62,721 nt of DNA, filler included, from Sphacelaria rigidula (GCA_964200075.2; 9 parts of 9 records of this genome joined end to end with filler, not necessarily neighbours in it); one strand, 5' to 3'. Counted from the whole stretch's first letter, positions 1 to 12,110 are shown. Notes: generated by a model from the letters alone, not told the origin. Numbers and translations are program-made.

Positions 1-1340
1 CTATATCTGTTGTAGAAAAGCTCAGATCGCCCTCAAACTCGGCAGTTCCGTAGTTATTGATGCTCAAAATAATGGAATGTTGCGTCCCGGGAGAGTCCAA
101 GGAACAAATGTACAAAGTTTGGTGTAGAAACTCGAAAAGCGCATACAATTTTTCTTGCCTTGACGTCAATTTCACCGATAAAGACGTTTCTACACTAAAA
201 CCAAGTAGTTAGGAGTTGCACGTTTCAAGCCCACGTCCTCCACAAACGCGCAAACGTTCACGCTGTCATTAGGAGTTAGATCCTGAAACGTTGCATAAAT
301 ATGCTATGTATCATTACGCAACTTTCTACGGACGATGTTTTTTGTAGTTCTTGAGTTTTTCACCGTTTTCCCCGGGTCCGACGGGATCGAACTCGTTGCT
401 CCAAGTAGTCTTCATTCTGGGACCCCAGAAAAACGGCACTACGACATTTTTTTTCATTTTTTCGCGAACTATCTGCCTCCGCACAACCTAAGGGTGGGCT
501 CCATAAATTTCATCGCACACAGGCCAAAAACCTCACGCTGTTTCAAGGAGTAAGACCCTAAAATTTTGCACGACTGTGCTTTGGGACATTACGCACCTTT
601 GAAGAAACGTTTTTTTTCTTGTTACCGTTTTAAGGGGTCCGATTGGGTCGAGGTTTCCCTAAAAAACGGGGACCCCCGAAAAACGGTGAAGGAAATCAGA
701 AGAAAAACCGTTCCTCCAAAGGTGCGTAATGATCCATAGAACATTCGTGCAAAATTCCAGGATCCAACTCCTCAAAACGGCGTGAGGTTTTGCCGATGAG
801 TGTTTTTTTGGGTGATATGCGTGAACCAGCCTGTAGGGGCACTTGGAACTCAGCAAATCTAATGGTCCGAATATTGGTGCTGCCTCTAAATTCAAGTAAG
901 TAGCCATTCTTACGACCAATGCGTGAGCTCTACTGCTTCCACGGGTTCATAGGTCTGAAGAAGCCGTGTTTGGACGACGAAAGTTCGGGGAAAAAGAAGG
1001 AGATCATCAAGCATACCTTTATGAAAATACGTCAGTTGAAAGTCTTCAGCCTAAAGGTATCCAGTTACAAAAGTATTACTCTGCAGATGTTTGTCCATGG
1101 TCGTAGAGGAGTGTTATACTCCCCCGTCACCGATGGACACACATCAATGTTGTTTCTTTTTTTGAGCGAAAGGTACGCCCAGCGCTTAATATGATCGCAC
1201 CCCCCCCCCCCCCCTCGGCTTTATGGGTTCTTCTTGGTTCCAACACAACCCCCCCTCTTCACCCTCTCCGCCTACAAGACNNNNNNNNNNAGCGAAAGGT
1301 ACGCCCAGCGCTTAATATGATCGCCCCCCCCCCCCCCCAG

Positions 1341-1454
1341 GCCATTCTGGAGTTGCACTGGTCACCAAACAACACGACCATCGTCACCGCATCGGCAGAC
1401 AAGACTCTGGGCTACTGGGATGCACACGCGGGCAAACGCAAAAAGACCTTCAAG
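1341..1454 (+). CDS. SNRNP40: U5 snRNP 40 kDa WD40 protein homologue, internal exon (upstream exons not identified in this contig)
   Basis: CAG acceptor ends 1340, GTGAGA donor at 1455. Encodes AILELHWSPNNTTIVTASADKTLGYWDAHAGKRKKTFK, a WD40 repeat, phase 0/0. Confidence 0.85.
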
Positions 1455-3173
1455 GTGAGAGACACCTGGAGCACCGGACCACAATGCTATGCTTGTGGCA
1501 GCAAAGGTTGGGACACGCGTGTAGACACGCCGCCACTGCGCTGTATCGCACTGTACGGTGCATCAGTTCGCAGTATAACACAAAGATGGGATGTCAGCAG
1601 AGCCGAGTTTTCCGGCATGTGAGTTTTTCTTGCTATATCTTGTTCCCAGAAACTTATGCAATGCTCATAGCCCTTCGTGAGTGCATGGATTGCGTTCCGA
1701 GATCTCGACCGCTGATGGTCCCGCATGTCATCGGAGTATGAGTCTCGTAGGCGTAAATGAAAGCTAGCTGGACATGGGCATTTGGCAGAAGTGATGCTAA
1801 AGAAAAAGCTGAAGCAAATACGCGAGCAACAGTATTTTGCCGTGATTCATCGAGGTAAGTGTACGTTCTTGTCCTCGGTGTATCATTCATCTGTGAGCAG
1901 CACTGTCCGGATTAGAGTTGAGGCGAAGGCTACCCCCGCCAGACCTTCGCTACCTACCACGGTCGCTGTCGAAGCATCCAACGACGGAGACCCAAATGTT
2001 ATTGCGGCGCAGTTGCACACTAGGGCTTCGTTAGGAGGAAAACCTCATCGCCGCGGTTCCATGCACATGTATCTGTCTGCGCGTCAACGTTGTGCTCGTC
2101 CCTGCTCATTTGGCTATGGGGTGTGGTTTTTTTCCCCTGCAACCTCCGGCACGAAATCAAAACGTCGATCACACCCACATTCGCCGTCCACACCACGTAA
2201 ACCCCCCACCGGACACGCTACGCCGTTCAGCTGTTCATCAACAGCTGTCTGTTTTGATCACACCCATGTGCTACTGTTGGCTGCTCGATAATTTCGCTCT
2301 TGTCCTCAGACGGCGAAGCGTTGCTGATCGTGGCTTAAGCATGGTTAATTGTGGCGCGTCGCATATACGTTGCAATCGCGTTTTTTACGTAGGCGTTGTC
2401 TCTGCACCACAAGCGACTGTTCCGAAACCTCCAAGGAAGGCTCTCCGTTTATCACTGGGAAGCCAGGTGGTCCCTAGGGCGAACCACATGTCTTGCCGTA
2501 CATGCATTCCATGCATTCTTCGTTTGTCGCGAGAATGGATTCAAACCACACGATTGGCGCACCAGCGACTTGGAGCTTGCGAGCTATACATTGCTTGGAC
2601 ATTCAAGCGGACGATCTTATATTCCTTAATCTCCCAGCCACCAGATGCCCCCAGACAGTCGGGTAAGCTTTTTGAGAGTGACAACTGTAGGCACAGATGG
2701 CCGCGAGTTGGTCGGGTGGGCGCTAAATCGGATTCCTCGCGATTCCTATTTATTGGCCAAAACGGATGGCAGCAGCCTAGGTCTGCGGTTGAGCGGTCGG
2801 TATGGGGTTTCTTGTCTCATTTCATGTCCCAGTCTCCGCTGTGTCTGTCAAAGGCAAAGTATCAACACGATGGCTGCTCCGGGTATACTGCCGTACATGT
2901 CGTACCCACGTGCACTGGTGGCGCGATCTCCGCTCACGGTATCACCAAGCGTCAATGTGTGAAGCTGGTCATGATTATGCACGGACGTCTTTGTCCCGCG
3001 CCTTGTGCGTCGCAACCCTCAATGAACGGCAGAGGGGGCCCAGGCCTCCTCATGTCCATGCAGGCGTTATCTTCTTCACCCAAAATAAAGCAATCCTTCC
3101 CAGAACAGACCGCCATCTGTCGACTGGGCTGTAAGAGGGTTAACGGTCCCCAGTTCATTTCTATCTCCAACAG

Positions 3174-3444
3174 GGACACACAGGTGTGGTGAATAGCTGC
3201 TGCATATCGCGCATGGGCAACCTTTTGGCGTCTGGATCTGACGATGGTTTTGTGAAGCTTTGGGATCCGAGGGTACGGCGATCGGTGGCGGAGTTCATGA
3301 ATCAGTATCAGGTCACCGCCGTCTGCCTATCCCGGGACGATCATCAGGTCATGTGTGGAGGAATCGACAACGACATCAAGCTTTTCGACCTGCGGAAAGG
3401 GGACCTCGCTTTCACCATGCCCGGACACGGCGATACGGTCACAG
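3174..3444 (+). CDS. SNRNP40: SNRNP40 homologue, internal exon
   Basis: CAG|GGACAC... encodes GHTGVVNSCC...LASGSDDGFVKLWDPR...YQVTAVCLS...GGIDNDIKLFDLRKGDLAFTMPGHGDTVT(G). YQVTAV and GGIDN are characteristic of U5-40K. GT donor at 3445, phase 1. Confidence 0.9.
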
Positions 3445-4084
3445 GTTCGTACGTGATGCGTATGCAGAGCTGAGTTCGTGCCACACGTCGAGGTGTAGAG
3501 AACTGGGTTCACGCAGAACTCGCGCGGTGCTTCTCTACGCTATGCTCGTGGTTAGAGAATGACGGCAGGGACGGACACGTTGTGCTCGGACTCTTTCGCG
3601 CGAGTCCATCATATAGGAAGGCGGAGTTGAGACAATGTTGGCGGTATCAGTGATGACGGTTAGTCGATCCGGAACTGTTGGCACCACGAGCAGTGTCATG
3701 CTACTCAATTAAGAGCTTACAATCTTGCTGTTACAGGACCCACAGTCGGTTGTTGCGAGTATCTGATTCGTAGGTGTGTTTGTACCTGGAAGAGCTGGCA
3801 CGTCAAATAGCATGGGTGATAGGACTGACATTTGACGACGTGTTGTCCAGCTAATGCACCAAAATGAGAACGGCTTACGAGTGGTTTGGCTTCCTTTTGC
3901 GGTCCTCAGTACAAATACGCACCGTGCATAGCCAAATAATTCGGAGTGACACTGGGCTTCTGCTCTCCACTTGTTGGTGACTGTTTCTTTATCGAATCGC
4001 GCTTGAAAGCCCACCCTCTTCCCATGCACCGTCGTGTCTTCAAATCCACCCTCTCCGCGGGCACGTGACTTTTTCTTCGAAAAG

Positions 4085-4209
4085 GCTTGTCTCTCAGCCC
4101 AGACGGCAACCACCTGTTATCGAACTCCATGGACAAGACTGTTAGGATGTGGGACGTTCGGCCGTTCGCCAACGACAACCGCCTAGAAAAGGTTTTCGAA
4201 GGGGCACAG
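4085..4209 (+). CDS. SNRNP40: SNRNP40 homologue, internal exon
   Basis: AAG acceptor with phase 1 start completing Gly. Encodes LSLSPDGNHLLSNSMDKTVRMWDVRPFANDNRLEKVFEGAQ (LLSNxMD...WDVRPFA typical of U5-40K). GT at 4210. Confidence 0.9.
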
Positions 4210-4622
4210 GTGATTATCGGTAATGCATGCGCGAGAACGCGCGAAACGGCCCCGAGCAGGCGAGCTTGCAAAATAAATTCTCGGGGGTGCCGTTAGTCAC
4301 TATTGGCTTCGTTGTCTCGTGGAAAGTGTCGTTCGTGCGTCATGTGAAGTTGGTTGGCGACATATCACTTATTTGAGTCGGCACGACCTTCTGCAAAAAC
4401 GCAAAGAATTTATCATGGTGTTGTCAATTCGGGGGTAGCCATCAGAACGATCGGCCCGGCGCGAATTGAGTATCAGTCACGATATTTGTCACTCACTCGG
4501 GGGCGAACATGTTCCCCTTGATTCGTGCGATGAGCTAAGATGCTCGACGATTTCTCCAAAATTCAAAGCAAACGTTCCGCTTACGCTGCCGGCCCTCGGC
4601 GTCGCTGCTTGGAACACTCTAG

Positions 4623-4775
4623 CATGGAGGCGAGAAGAACTTGCTCAAGTGTGCGTGGTCGCCAAATGGGGAGATGGTTACTGCAGGGTCTGCGGATCAG
4701 ACGGTTCACATCTGGGACGAACCATCCACGCAAGAGCTGTATTTCCTTCCAGGGCACACGGGTTCCGTAAATGAG
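4623..4775 (+). CDS. SNRNP40: SNRNP40 homologue, internal exon
   Basis: TAG acceptor. Encodes HGGEKNLLKCAWSPNGEMVTAGSADQTVHIWDEPSTQELYFLPGHTGSVNE (EKNLL.C.WS and LPGH.GSVNE motifs). GTAATT donor at 4776. Confidence 0.9.
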
Positions 4776-5040
4776 GTAATTTATTCGCGTCCACATGTGT
4801 TTGTTTTTCCTCGCACCATATGCTTGATGGACGACATGCTCTGTTGCTTCATCGTCCGTTATCCCCCTTTTGCGGTATTGTGGACCATAAATTGAAAGTG
4901 GCTGGCGCATCGAGAACTGGATTCATCACCCTCCCATGCGCGAACAAATAGCAAAGCTCAGCAACTTTACCTTCTTCGCGTACACATCGTGGAAAAATAT
5001 AACTAAAATATGACTTTGCTGCCCGTAAACGTCACTGCAG

Positions 5041-5121
5041 GTGGCTTTCCATCCGACGGAAAGCATCATCGGCTCATGTGGTTCGGACAAGAACATTTAC
5101 TTGGGCGAAATTGGCGCTTGA
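5041..5121 (+). CDS. SNRNP40: SNRNP40 homologue, terminal exon
   Basis: TGCAG acceptor ends 5040. Encodes VAFHPTESIIGSCGSDKNIYLGEIGA-stop(TGA), matching the conserved FHP.E.II.S.S.DK.IYLGEI C-terminus. Confidence 0.9.
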   Translation: MAFHPTESIIGSCGSDKNIYLGEIGA

Positions 5122-6881
5122 TGGGGATAAACGTTCGTAGATGCCGTCTGCAGCTGATATGGGCTGGTTGCTATGTAAACATTGTGCATTCAGGTCGTAG
5201 ATGGACCTTTAATCTCTCAAGGATGACGACGAAGGTAGTTGTCGGGGTGTCAGCGGATGACAACACCCGTATTTCGCACGGGGAGTGTCCCAATTCCAGT
5301 TGGTACACTGTATACTGCAAGCAAATCTTGGTTGCCCTGAGTTGAGTGCCGCCCTTGGATATATGTATTTCATTCACTTCCAAGGTGGAACCGCCTCAAG
5401 AAGAAATCGAGTGGGCTTCTGCCGTGTTTCTGCTTTGTGAAGGGTCAAGATGCCTGTCTCACCTGAAGCGAAAACAGTTCGGCAGCACGGCATGAAGAGA
5501 AGGCGCAGTGTGGCAGCCGATCGAGTACTTTGACGACAGGAGTGCACAAAATAATAGGGCTCACTATTGGGATAGTGATACGGAGGTTCATGGATAGGTG
5601 ATCAACAACAGTACCAGTGGGCAGTTCCATCGGTCACGCTGAAGAAATTGCGTTGAGTTGCCCCGCCCGTCATCACTTATATCCATGAGAAGAAGGCCTT
5701 CGGAAAATAGTACGTGTTGCCTATCAGAATCGAAATACACGACAACATTCTTGTTCCTTCGTGCCATGACGTGCTTGCTGCATGGTACTATTTGCCTTCG
5801 CAACGAAACTCATACATGGACCGCCCAAGAAACAGTGCATTGCAAAATCGCAGTGATGTCGGGATTGGCGTGCTTTCTGCCAATCTTTGTGGAGTTCATT
5901 TCCTACATCTGACGCGTCTGTTCGGGGCGTGCGCTGCAACAAAGTGCACTCTGGACATCGATGAAAAAATGCGTACAATCGAGGCTTTTTCACGACAATG
6001 CCATATACCCTGTTATTAGACCAAAATTAGGGATGGAAGTTCTACGCCACGCAGACTTGCGGTCTGCTCAATGGATCCCCCATAGAATATCACACCAGTC
6101 GTGTGCTCGTCAAGAGGTGTCCCGCACATTTTTCTTATCTGGTGAACGGTCAACGTGGCGTGTACACTATAATTTCCGCCACAGTACAAGATCGTTGTGA
6201 AATGTCTGGCGATACCTTGTTTTATTATCGATTGTCGCACATTAACTCATCCCCGAGGAATTCAGCTGTGATCTAGTAATTATCCACAAGATAAACGTAC
6301 CCAAGGTAAACATGACGGGCTCACCCCTGAAGGAAAACTCCTGAAGGGAAGTTGAAACGAACGGAGTAAGCTGAACAAGGACGAAATACAAAGTAGAGAG
6401 ACAGCCTAGAATAAAACAGAGGGAATAGTTGATATGTAGACTGTCGCTGGCTGACAGCGAGCCTTCACCACCTGTTCATGCATTAGCTTACTGTGGCCTC
6501 TCTACATTTTGTATATAGACTGAATACCAGCGAGAGATTGAATGGAAAATGCGCTCGACGAGCTGGGAAAGTTTTGCTTTCCAGCTCACAGCCTTTAGGC
6601 TTCCTTGGAATATGTGGCGAATGCCCAATCATTCCACGACTCCCTTGTAGTGCTTTGAAGTGTTGGGTGTTGAATCATTTAGCATTCGATATGATACAGA
6701 TTTTTTCAGCTTTCGATGACGATAAATTTCGATAAATATCGGCGAAGCCAAACGGAGGCGAGCGCGGCGATTCCGCTTGCTGTGCGAGCCTCAAATCCCC
6801 CCCCCCCCCCCCCCCCCCGCCCCCCCCCCCCCGTCCCCGCCCCCCCGCCAAAGCCCTCGGCGGATAGCTAAGCACCCAACA

Positions 6882-6981
6882 NNNNNNNNNNNNNNNNNNN
6901 NNNNNNNNNNNNNNNNNNNNNNNNNTTAATTAATTAANNNNNNNNNNNNNNNNNNNNNNNNNNNNNNNNNNNNNNNNNNNN
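6882..6981. other. Artificial contig linker (N44-TTAATTAATTAA-N44); identical linkers at 13863-13962, 20844-20943, 27824-27923, 34804-34903, 41784-41883, 48764-48863, 55743-55842
   Basis: Identical 100-bp spacer with stops in all six frames, recurring every 6979-6981 bp. Confidence 0.97.
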
Positions 6982-6984
6982 GGT

Positions 6985-7072
6985 ACTGGGGGAAAGATGG
7001 GTTGATCCCTTGAGATCACAGACTCATCCCAAGGAGGGGGGGGGATTCAAAGTGCGAGGAGAAAAAAAAAAA
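6985..7072 (+). mobile_element. 3' end of tRNA-derived SINE family 1 (cut by contig end)
   Basis: GGGTTGATCCCTTG..CACAGACTCA..GGGGG.ATTCAAAGTGCGA plus A-tail matches the 3' end of the copy at 55923-56245. Confidence 0.65.
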
Positions 7073-7074
7073 CG

Positions 7075-8210
7075 AAAAGTCGAGAAAGTACTAGATGACA
7101 TAGGAGGAAACCAAGACGAGATGGTGTCCACAGGTGAATGTGGGAGGTACAAGACAGAGCGTAAGACATGTGACAGAAAAAGAGGGAAACAAGCGCTAAG
7201 ACGGAAAATTGACAAGAAAGAACACCTTAAGATGTACGGCGGGTTGAGAGAGGGGATAGGGATAAAGCATATCTGCACGGCCCAATGAACTACGCGAAAA
7301 AGTTTATGAAAGTGCAATCTAGGGTGGGGGACCTGGACCTGTCAGAAAGGAGAGGTATATCCGTTGTCGAGTGGAGGAGGGAGTACATGAACAGAATTCC
7401 CTCTGAGGCAAAGCAATGGAGAGTAGAACTCATATAGTAGGAGAATGTGAGCTATACAAGGTGGAACGAGACGTGTTAGAGGGGAAATGCGGGAAGAAAA
7501 CGAAGGTGACATGAAATCGTGTGGTACATTAGATAGTAGCGGGAAGCAATCGCTATACTGAGATTGAGATGGTGGCCACAGACGGCGAAACAGAAAGGGT
7601 ACGTGAAAAGTCTTCGTGTGATGTATGGAAGAAACATAATGGGCACTCAAATGTCGGAGGTGTCTTGCTTAGGAGTAGGGGGCGGTTCTGCGTCTCTAGA
7701 GGGATGCGTGATCAATGGTCAAACGACTGAGGCGAAGCGGCGAAACATTTGGAAGTGCGATTTCGGGCGGGTGACCTGGACCTGCCAGGAAAAAGAAAGA
7801 GGTTTACCAGTAGCCGAAAGGAGGAGGAAGTAGACGCACAGAACTGCCTCTGTGGCAAAGCAATAGAGAGAAGAATTCACAAAGTGGCAGAATGTGAACT
7901 ACAAGGAGAAACGGGACGTGCTACAGGGGGAAATGCGGGACGTGACCGAAGGTAGCATGAAATCGTTTGGTGCATCAGGCAGTATGACAACGACAATTGC
8001 TATACGAGGAGATAGGTGGTGGCCAGAGACGGCGAAACAGGACGAGGATAAGATATGTAAAAGGCTGTTGTGTAACGTATGAAAAAAACGTAATGAGCAC
8101 CGAGGTGTTGGAGGTGTCTCTATTAGGAGTAGGAACGGGGCTCCGTCTCGACAGGGATGCGTGGTCAATGATCAAACGACTGAGGCAAGCAACAAATGAG
8201 TACGCCCCCT
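7075..8210 (+). mobile_element. Two tandem degenerate 3' fragments of a non-LTR retrotransposon ORF2 (about 7075-7740 and 7745-8210)
   Basis: Both copies encode frameshifted RFRAGDLDLP..RKR.TSSR..EEEVDAQNC.CGKAIE.R.H.V.ECE.Y.E.RDVL.GEMR, a C-terminal CCHC zinc-finger-like region typical of LINE ORF2. The copies are mutually homologous and contain stops and frameshifts. Confidence 0.65.
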
Positions 8211-8384
8211 TTCCCCCGCCCCCTCTGCACAGTAACAGGACCCTGCGCCTGAAACACTCTCATTCCAGTGTCGAGGGACGTGACAGGGAGGTGATAAGCA
8301 AAACGACACACCACCACCAACTCGTCAGGTGCCATGTTCACGAGCCGGCGCAGCTGTATCGCCCTAAATCTTCCACATCAAACA

Positions 8385-8759
8385 ATGTGTGTGTATGTGT
8401 GTATGTGTGTGTGTTTTCGTCGCACCTATTCTGGACGCCAGTCTACATCTTTCGGTATATGTGGGCGCATCAGCTGGGGTCACACAGAAGGAAGGCCAAC
8501 ACAGGAGTTTTTTTCGTTTTCGTTTTGCTTTGGTAGTCCATATTCTTTTTGTAGTGCTTGCCTCAGTTTTTATCGCGAGAGGGGTCCAGCAGTCCCTTTC
8601 CCTCGTCGACCGTGAAGTCGAATTTGTGTACCAACGACAGAGTCGCTCTCCAGTGTTGGGCATTGCGTGAGAAAAAAGTCAAGATCGTGTGCCTGCACCG
8701 AGATTCGAACCCACGACCTAAACGTCGGAGGGTTTCGAGATCAACCGAGCCACCGGGGC
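8385..8759 (-). mobile_element. tRNA-derived SINE family 2, copy 1
   Basis: Minus strand begins GCCCCGGTGGCTCGGTTGA (A-box-like) ... GGGTTCGAATCTC (B-box). Body is homologous to 8777-9133 and ends in a (CA)-rich tail. Confidence 0.75.
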
Positions 8760-8776
8760 GACCACGCAGGATGATA

Positions 8777-9133
8777 GTGTATGTGTGTTGTCATCCCATC
8801 TATTCTGGACGCTATTCTTCACCTTTCGGTATACGTGGGCGCATCAGCCGGGGTCACACAGGAGGAAGGTCAACACAGCAGCCTTGTTTTTGTTTTGTTT
8901 TGATACTCCACCTTCCTTCTGTGGTACTTGCCTTAGTTTTTATCGCGAGAGGGGTCCAGCAGTCCCTTTCCCTCGTCGACCGTGAAGTCGAATTTTGTGC
9001 ACCCACGACAGAGTCGCTCTCCAGTGTTGGGCATTGTGTGAGAAAAAATCTAACATCGTGTGGCTGCACCGAAATTCGAACCCGCGACCCAACCGTCAGA
9101 AGGTTTCGAGGGTACCAACCAAGCCACCGGGGC
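8777..9133 (-). mobile_element. tRNA-derived SINE family 2, copy 2 (head-to-tail with copy 1)
   Basis: Minus strand GCCCCGGTGGCTTGGTTGG ... CTTCTGA (anticodon-loop-like) ... GGGTTCGAAT. Long identical blocks are shared with copy 1 (e.g. TTTTATCGCGAGAGGGGTCCAGCAGTCCCTTTCCCTCGTCGACCGTGAAGTCGAATTT on +). Confidence 0.75.
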
Positions 9134-9378
9134 GGCCGGCTGTGGTACATGGAAAAAATCACTATTTTACGAGTCACAGAGAAAGAGACAGAGAGGCAGA
9201 GAAAGGAATAATGCCCTGAACGAGATCTGTGCATGTTGTTTCCTGGTATGGAAGAATTCCATCTTGTTTATGTGAACAATAAGCTACGGATGAATATGTA
9301 TATAATTTGTTTGCAATATCTCGTCCTCTTATCCATTGTGCAAACTGCAGTAGAACTCATAGCAGCACGCTCTCTCAC

Positions 9379-9536
9379 CCAGTCGTTCGCTTTTTTTCTG
9401 CGCAGCCGCTGCCTCAGCGGCATGACGATCCTTCTCTGCAACGGCTGCCGAGTGTCGCTCGAAGTATTCCGCCTCCAGCGATTCCTTCTTGCTCCTGGCA
9501 TGTTGCTCAGCGTCTCGACGAAGGCGTGCTGCGATC
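9379..9536 (-). CDS. Orphan internal exon of a coiled-coil protein
   Basis: CCAG acceptor and GTGAGA donor flank IAARLRRDAEQHARSKKESLEAEYFERHSAAVAEKDRHAAEAAAAQKKSERL, which is E/K/R/A-rich and helical. A phase-compatible upstream exon may lie at 10792-10846 (LSDQAEALVLTLWRCAP). Confidence 0.6.
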
Positions 9537-10689
9537 CTGGCGCGGCAGAGCGAACAAGGATACGAGACAAGAGAAGACATCACGACTGGATATACCATCA
9601 CGGCTGGATAAGCGAGAACCCTAGTCCCTGTGAGATCCCGCGCCCCCGCCCTGAACCTGCGTGAAACAAAATGTCCTCCACATTCTTGGAACGGATGGCA
9701 AAACTCTTGGATTACGACCCAAATTTAGGAGATCGAAAACCCCCTTGCATTAACAAAATCAGCAATCAAGGTGAGGGAGGGGAGACGGGGGACGGGAGCA
9801 TCCCAAGCGCAGTACCCAGGGCATATTGCCCATCACCTTGTCCACCAATCAACATCAAGATAAGATCGTTGGTCCCGACTAGCCGGTCGCATGCGCGGCT
9901 TGCCCCGAGGACCAAGAACCTTAAACGCAAGGGAAAGTAACGCGTTTGACATGCTGCGCATGGTCCATGGCACAGCATGACGTGAGCGCGGAGACGAGGA
10001 TATAGCCCGAACATGAAGAAATGGATTTGAATCCGCAAAATCCAGAATGCGAGATTGTTCCCAATTCATGAAAAAAATCATCTGAGAAACTAGAATCACG
10101 TGTGGTACAAATAATATGTTTCTCTGGGATGCTATGGCTGCTCCTATAGCTGAAGGTGACCTAAATCCCCATTTGACAGCGTTTTTTCGCCTTGTAGTGT
10201 GGGATGCTCAGGCGTAAGGTAATATTGGATCTATCTATGGGTAATGACTTGATAACAACGTATCTATGTCTGAACGGGAGAACACCTAGCCATAGACACC
10301 CACGAAGCTACAATAAATACACACCCCTGCATGTATACGAACACAGACATGACACTCTCTATCATAGTTCATGCTTGTTACCAAGCGATCGGTATACCCT
10401 TAGCAATATATTTGGGGAGGATTGGAAACCGCCTGGATATCTCTGATAGAACCTCGCACATTGATTGCGAAACAGGTATGCGAACGCTCAAATGAACACA
10501 CAAAACGAGAAGAAGGCATACGATGAAGCACCTGGGTGGAACATGACAGGGGGCAGAAGCACAATTCACTGACGCAAAAGCATGGCTGGTGAATAGATGC
10601 TCTCACATTTCACATTTCACACAGCAATCTCACAAATAGAGCTGACGTGCGGGTATACATCTTCTGCATTCAAGCACCCTCCACTATCG

Positions 10690-10788
10690 AGCCTGGCCCG
10701 GCGAAAACCCGGCATGCTCCGTCCCGGCTTTGTAGGGGATGCGAGGTCAATGGTCTAATTACTATAGCATGCATGATCATGAGTACAC
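10690..10788 (+). repeat. Dispersed repeat family (other copies 34904-34990 +, about 39865-39968 -, end fragment 13842-13862 -)
   Basis: Shared GAAAACCCGGC.TGCTCCGTCCCGGCTT...GATGCGAGGTCAATGGT...CTAT.GCATGCATGATCATG.GTACAC in contigs 2 and 6 (four locations). Confidence 0.75.
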
Positions 10789-11877
10789 TACCTGGGTGCA
10801 CACCGCCATAGTGTCAGAACAAGAGCTTCTGCTTGGTCTGACAGCGCTGTGCATGGGTTTGTGCCCATTCTCGATCGGTTGAGTCAAAGAAGCATGGCTT
10901 ATCACTACTTCAGTACCGGACCCGTGCTGAGGCGGCAGAGTGATAAGGCCTGAAACCCACGCAAAATACTTAGGCCAACCCGATCCGGGATAAGGCGAGT
11001 ACCGCCTTCTCGCCAGTTTCGGTATAACAGCGGGTCCTGTCTGAAACACGAGTTTTGGCGCCAAACGCAAATGCGAGTAATGGTTTCATCTGTCAGACGG
11101 GAATTGGGTGCGCGAAGCAGAACCCTGCTCATCCAGCGCAGCATGCCGTTGGGTTCGGTCAAGTTTTTTCCTTTGCGGAGTTATGTTCCAAGTTATACCC
11201 TACCCCGCTGGATACGTTTCTTTTTCTCGCGCGGAGGGTGAGGTTTCTCGCCACACCACCCGTTGAACTACAAACCACACCGTAGGAACGCAGCTGAGAC
11301 CTATTTCCGAATAACTTTAGATTTGACCATAGCAATCATGATGTTCTTCATATCGCCGGCGATATCGTACCATGTGTCGAGTGGTGGTACAAATTGACGG
11401 TAATATCACAAGGAACCACAACTGTTTAACAGCTGGTAAGTGACGGCCAAAAGGGGCATACGACCAGCACTTGTCATAATCATGATAACTGTACCAGCTG
11501 TATTATTTTGGTTCTCCGATGGAGGGCAGGTTGTTGTCAACTGCATGCTCGTGGTGCTATACTGCGGCGTGCTGTACTATCCGGACTGTACTGTAATGTC
11601 TGGAGCAGGCTTTGTTTTCTCTTTTGTCTCCAGGAGGCCAAGGAAAAAAATCGACTCTCTGTAGTGATACTTATATTCACCGTATGATTGCAGTCGGCAT
11701 TCGCATACCGATCTCAGGTCAACCTAATCGCTCCTCTCTGTTGCCTCAACTGTTTGTCGGTAAGGCGAGTTAGGGAATCGCAGCGATACGGACAAAACAA
11801 AAGGCCCTAGTCGTTGGCCGGTCTCCGTGAAAAACCCACCTTGTTGTCAGCGGGGGTCCGCAATAAGGGCCGTAATT

Positions 11878-12110
11878 GACGGGCTTATATTCTTCATTTA
11901 TTTTCATCCATAAGTTTATCCATTCTCATACATAATGTTATCCATTTCCATCCATAATTTTTCCCATGTTGGTACACAGTCTTACGCATTTTCCTACATA
12001 ATTTTATCCATTTCCATCCATGGATTGATAAAAACGGACAGAAATGGACAGAAATGGACGAAGATGGACGAAAATTGATGAAAATTGATGAAAAATAAAG
12101 CTCCCGCTGA
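11878..12110. repeat. Imperfect foldback built from ~10-bp subrepeats
   Basis: Left arm TCCAT/TTCAT-rich, right arm ATGGAC/TTGATG-rich, symmetric about CCATGG near 12020. Confidence 0.5.

Noticed and set aside
1165..1340. Direct repeat AGCGAAAGGTACGCCCAGCGCTTAATATGATCGC + poly-C on both sides of a 10-N gap
   Set aside because: Most likely overlapping contig ends unresolved at a homopolymer.
2092..3192. 366-aa ORF and other long overlapping ORFs
   Set aside because: Lies almost wholly in a SNRNP40 intron, has no recognisable domain and a non-ATG start; likely a chance ORF.
5445..5993. Minus-strand ORFs as the continuation of the exon at 9379-9536
   Set aside because: They are on a different contig across the linker, with no recognisable protein; may simply be SNRNP40 3' UTR.
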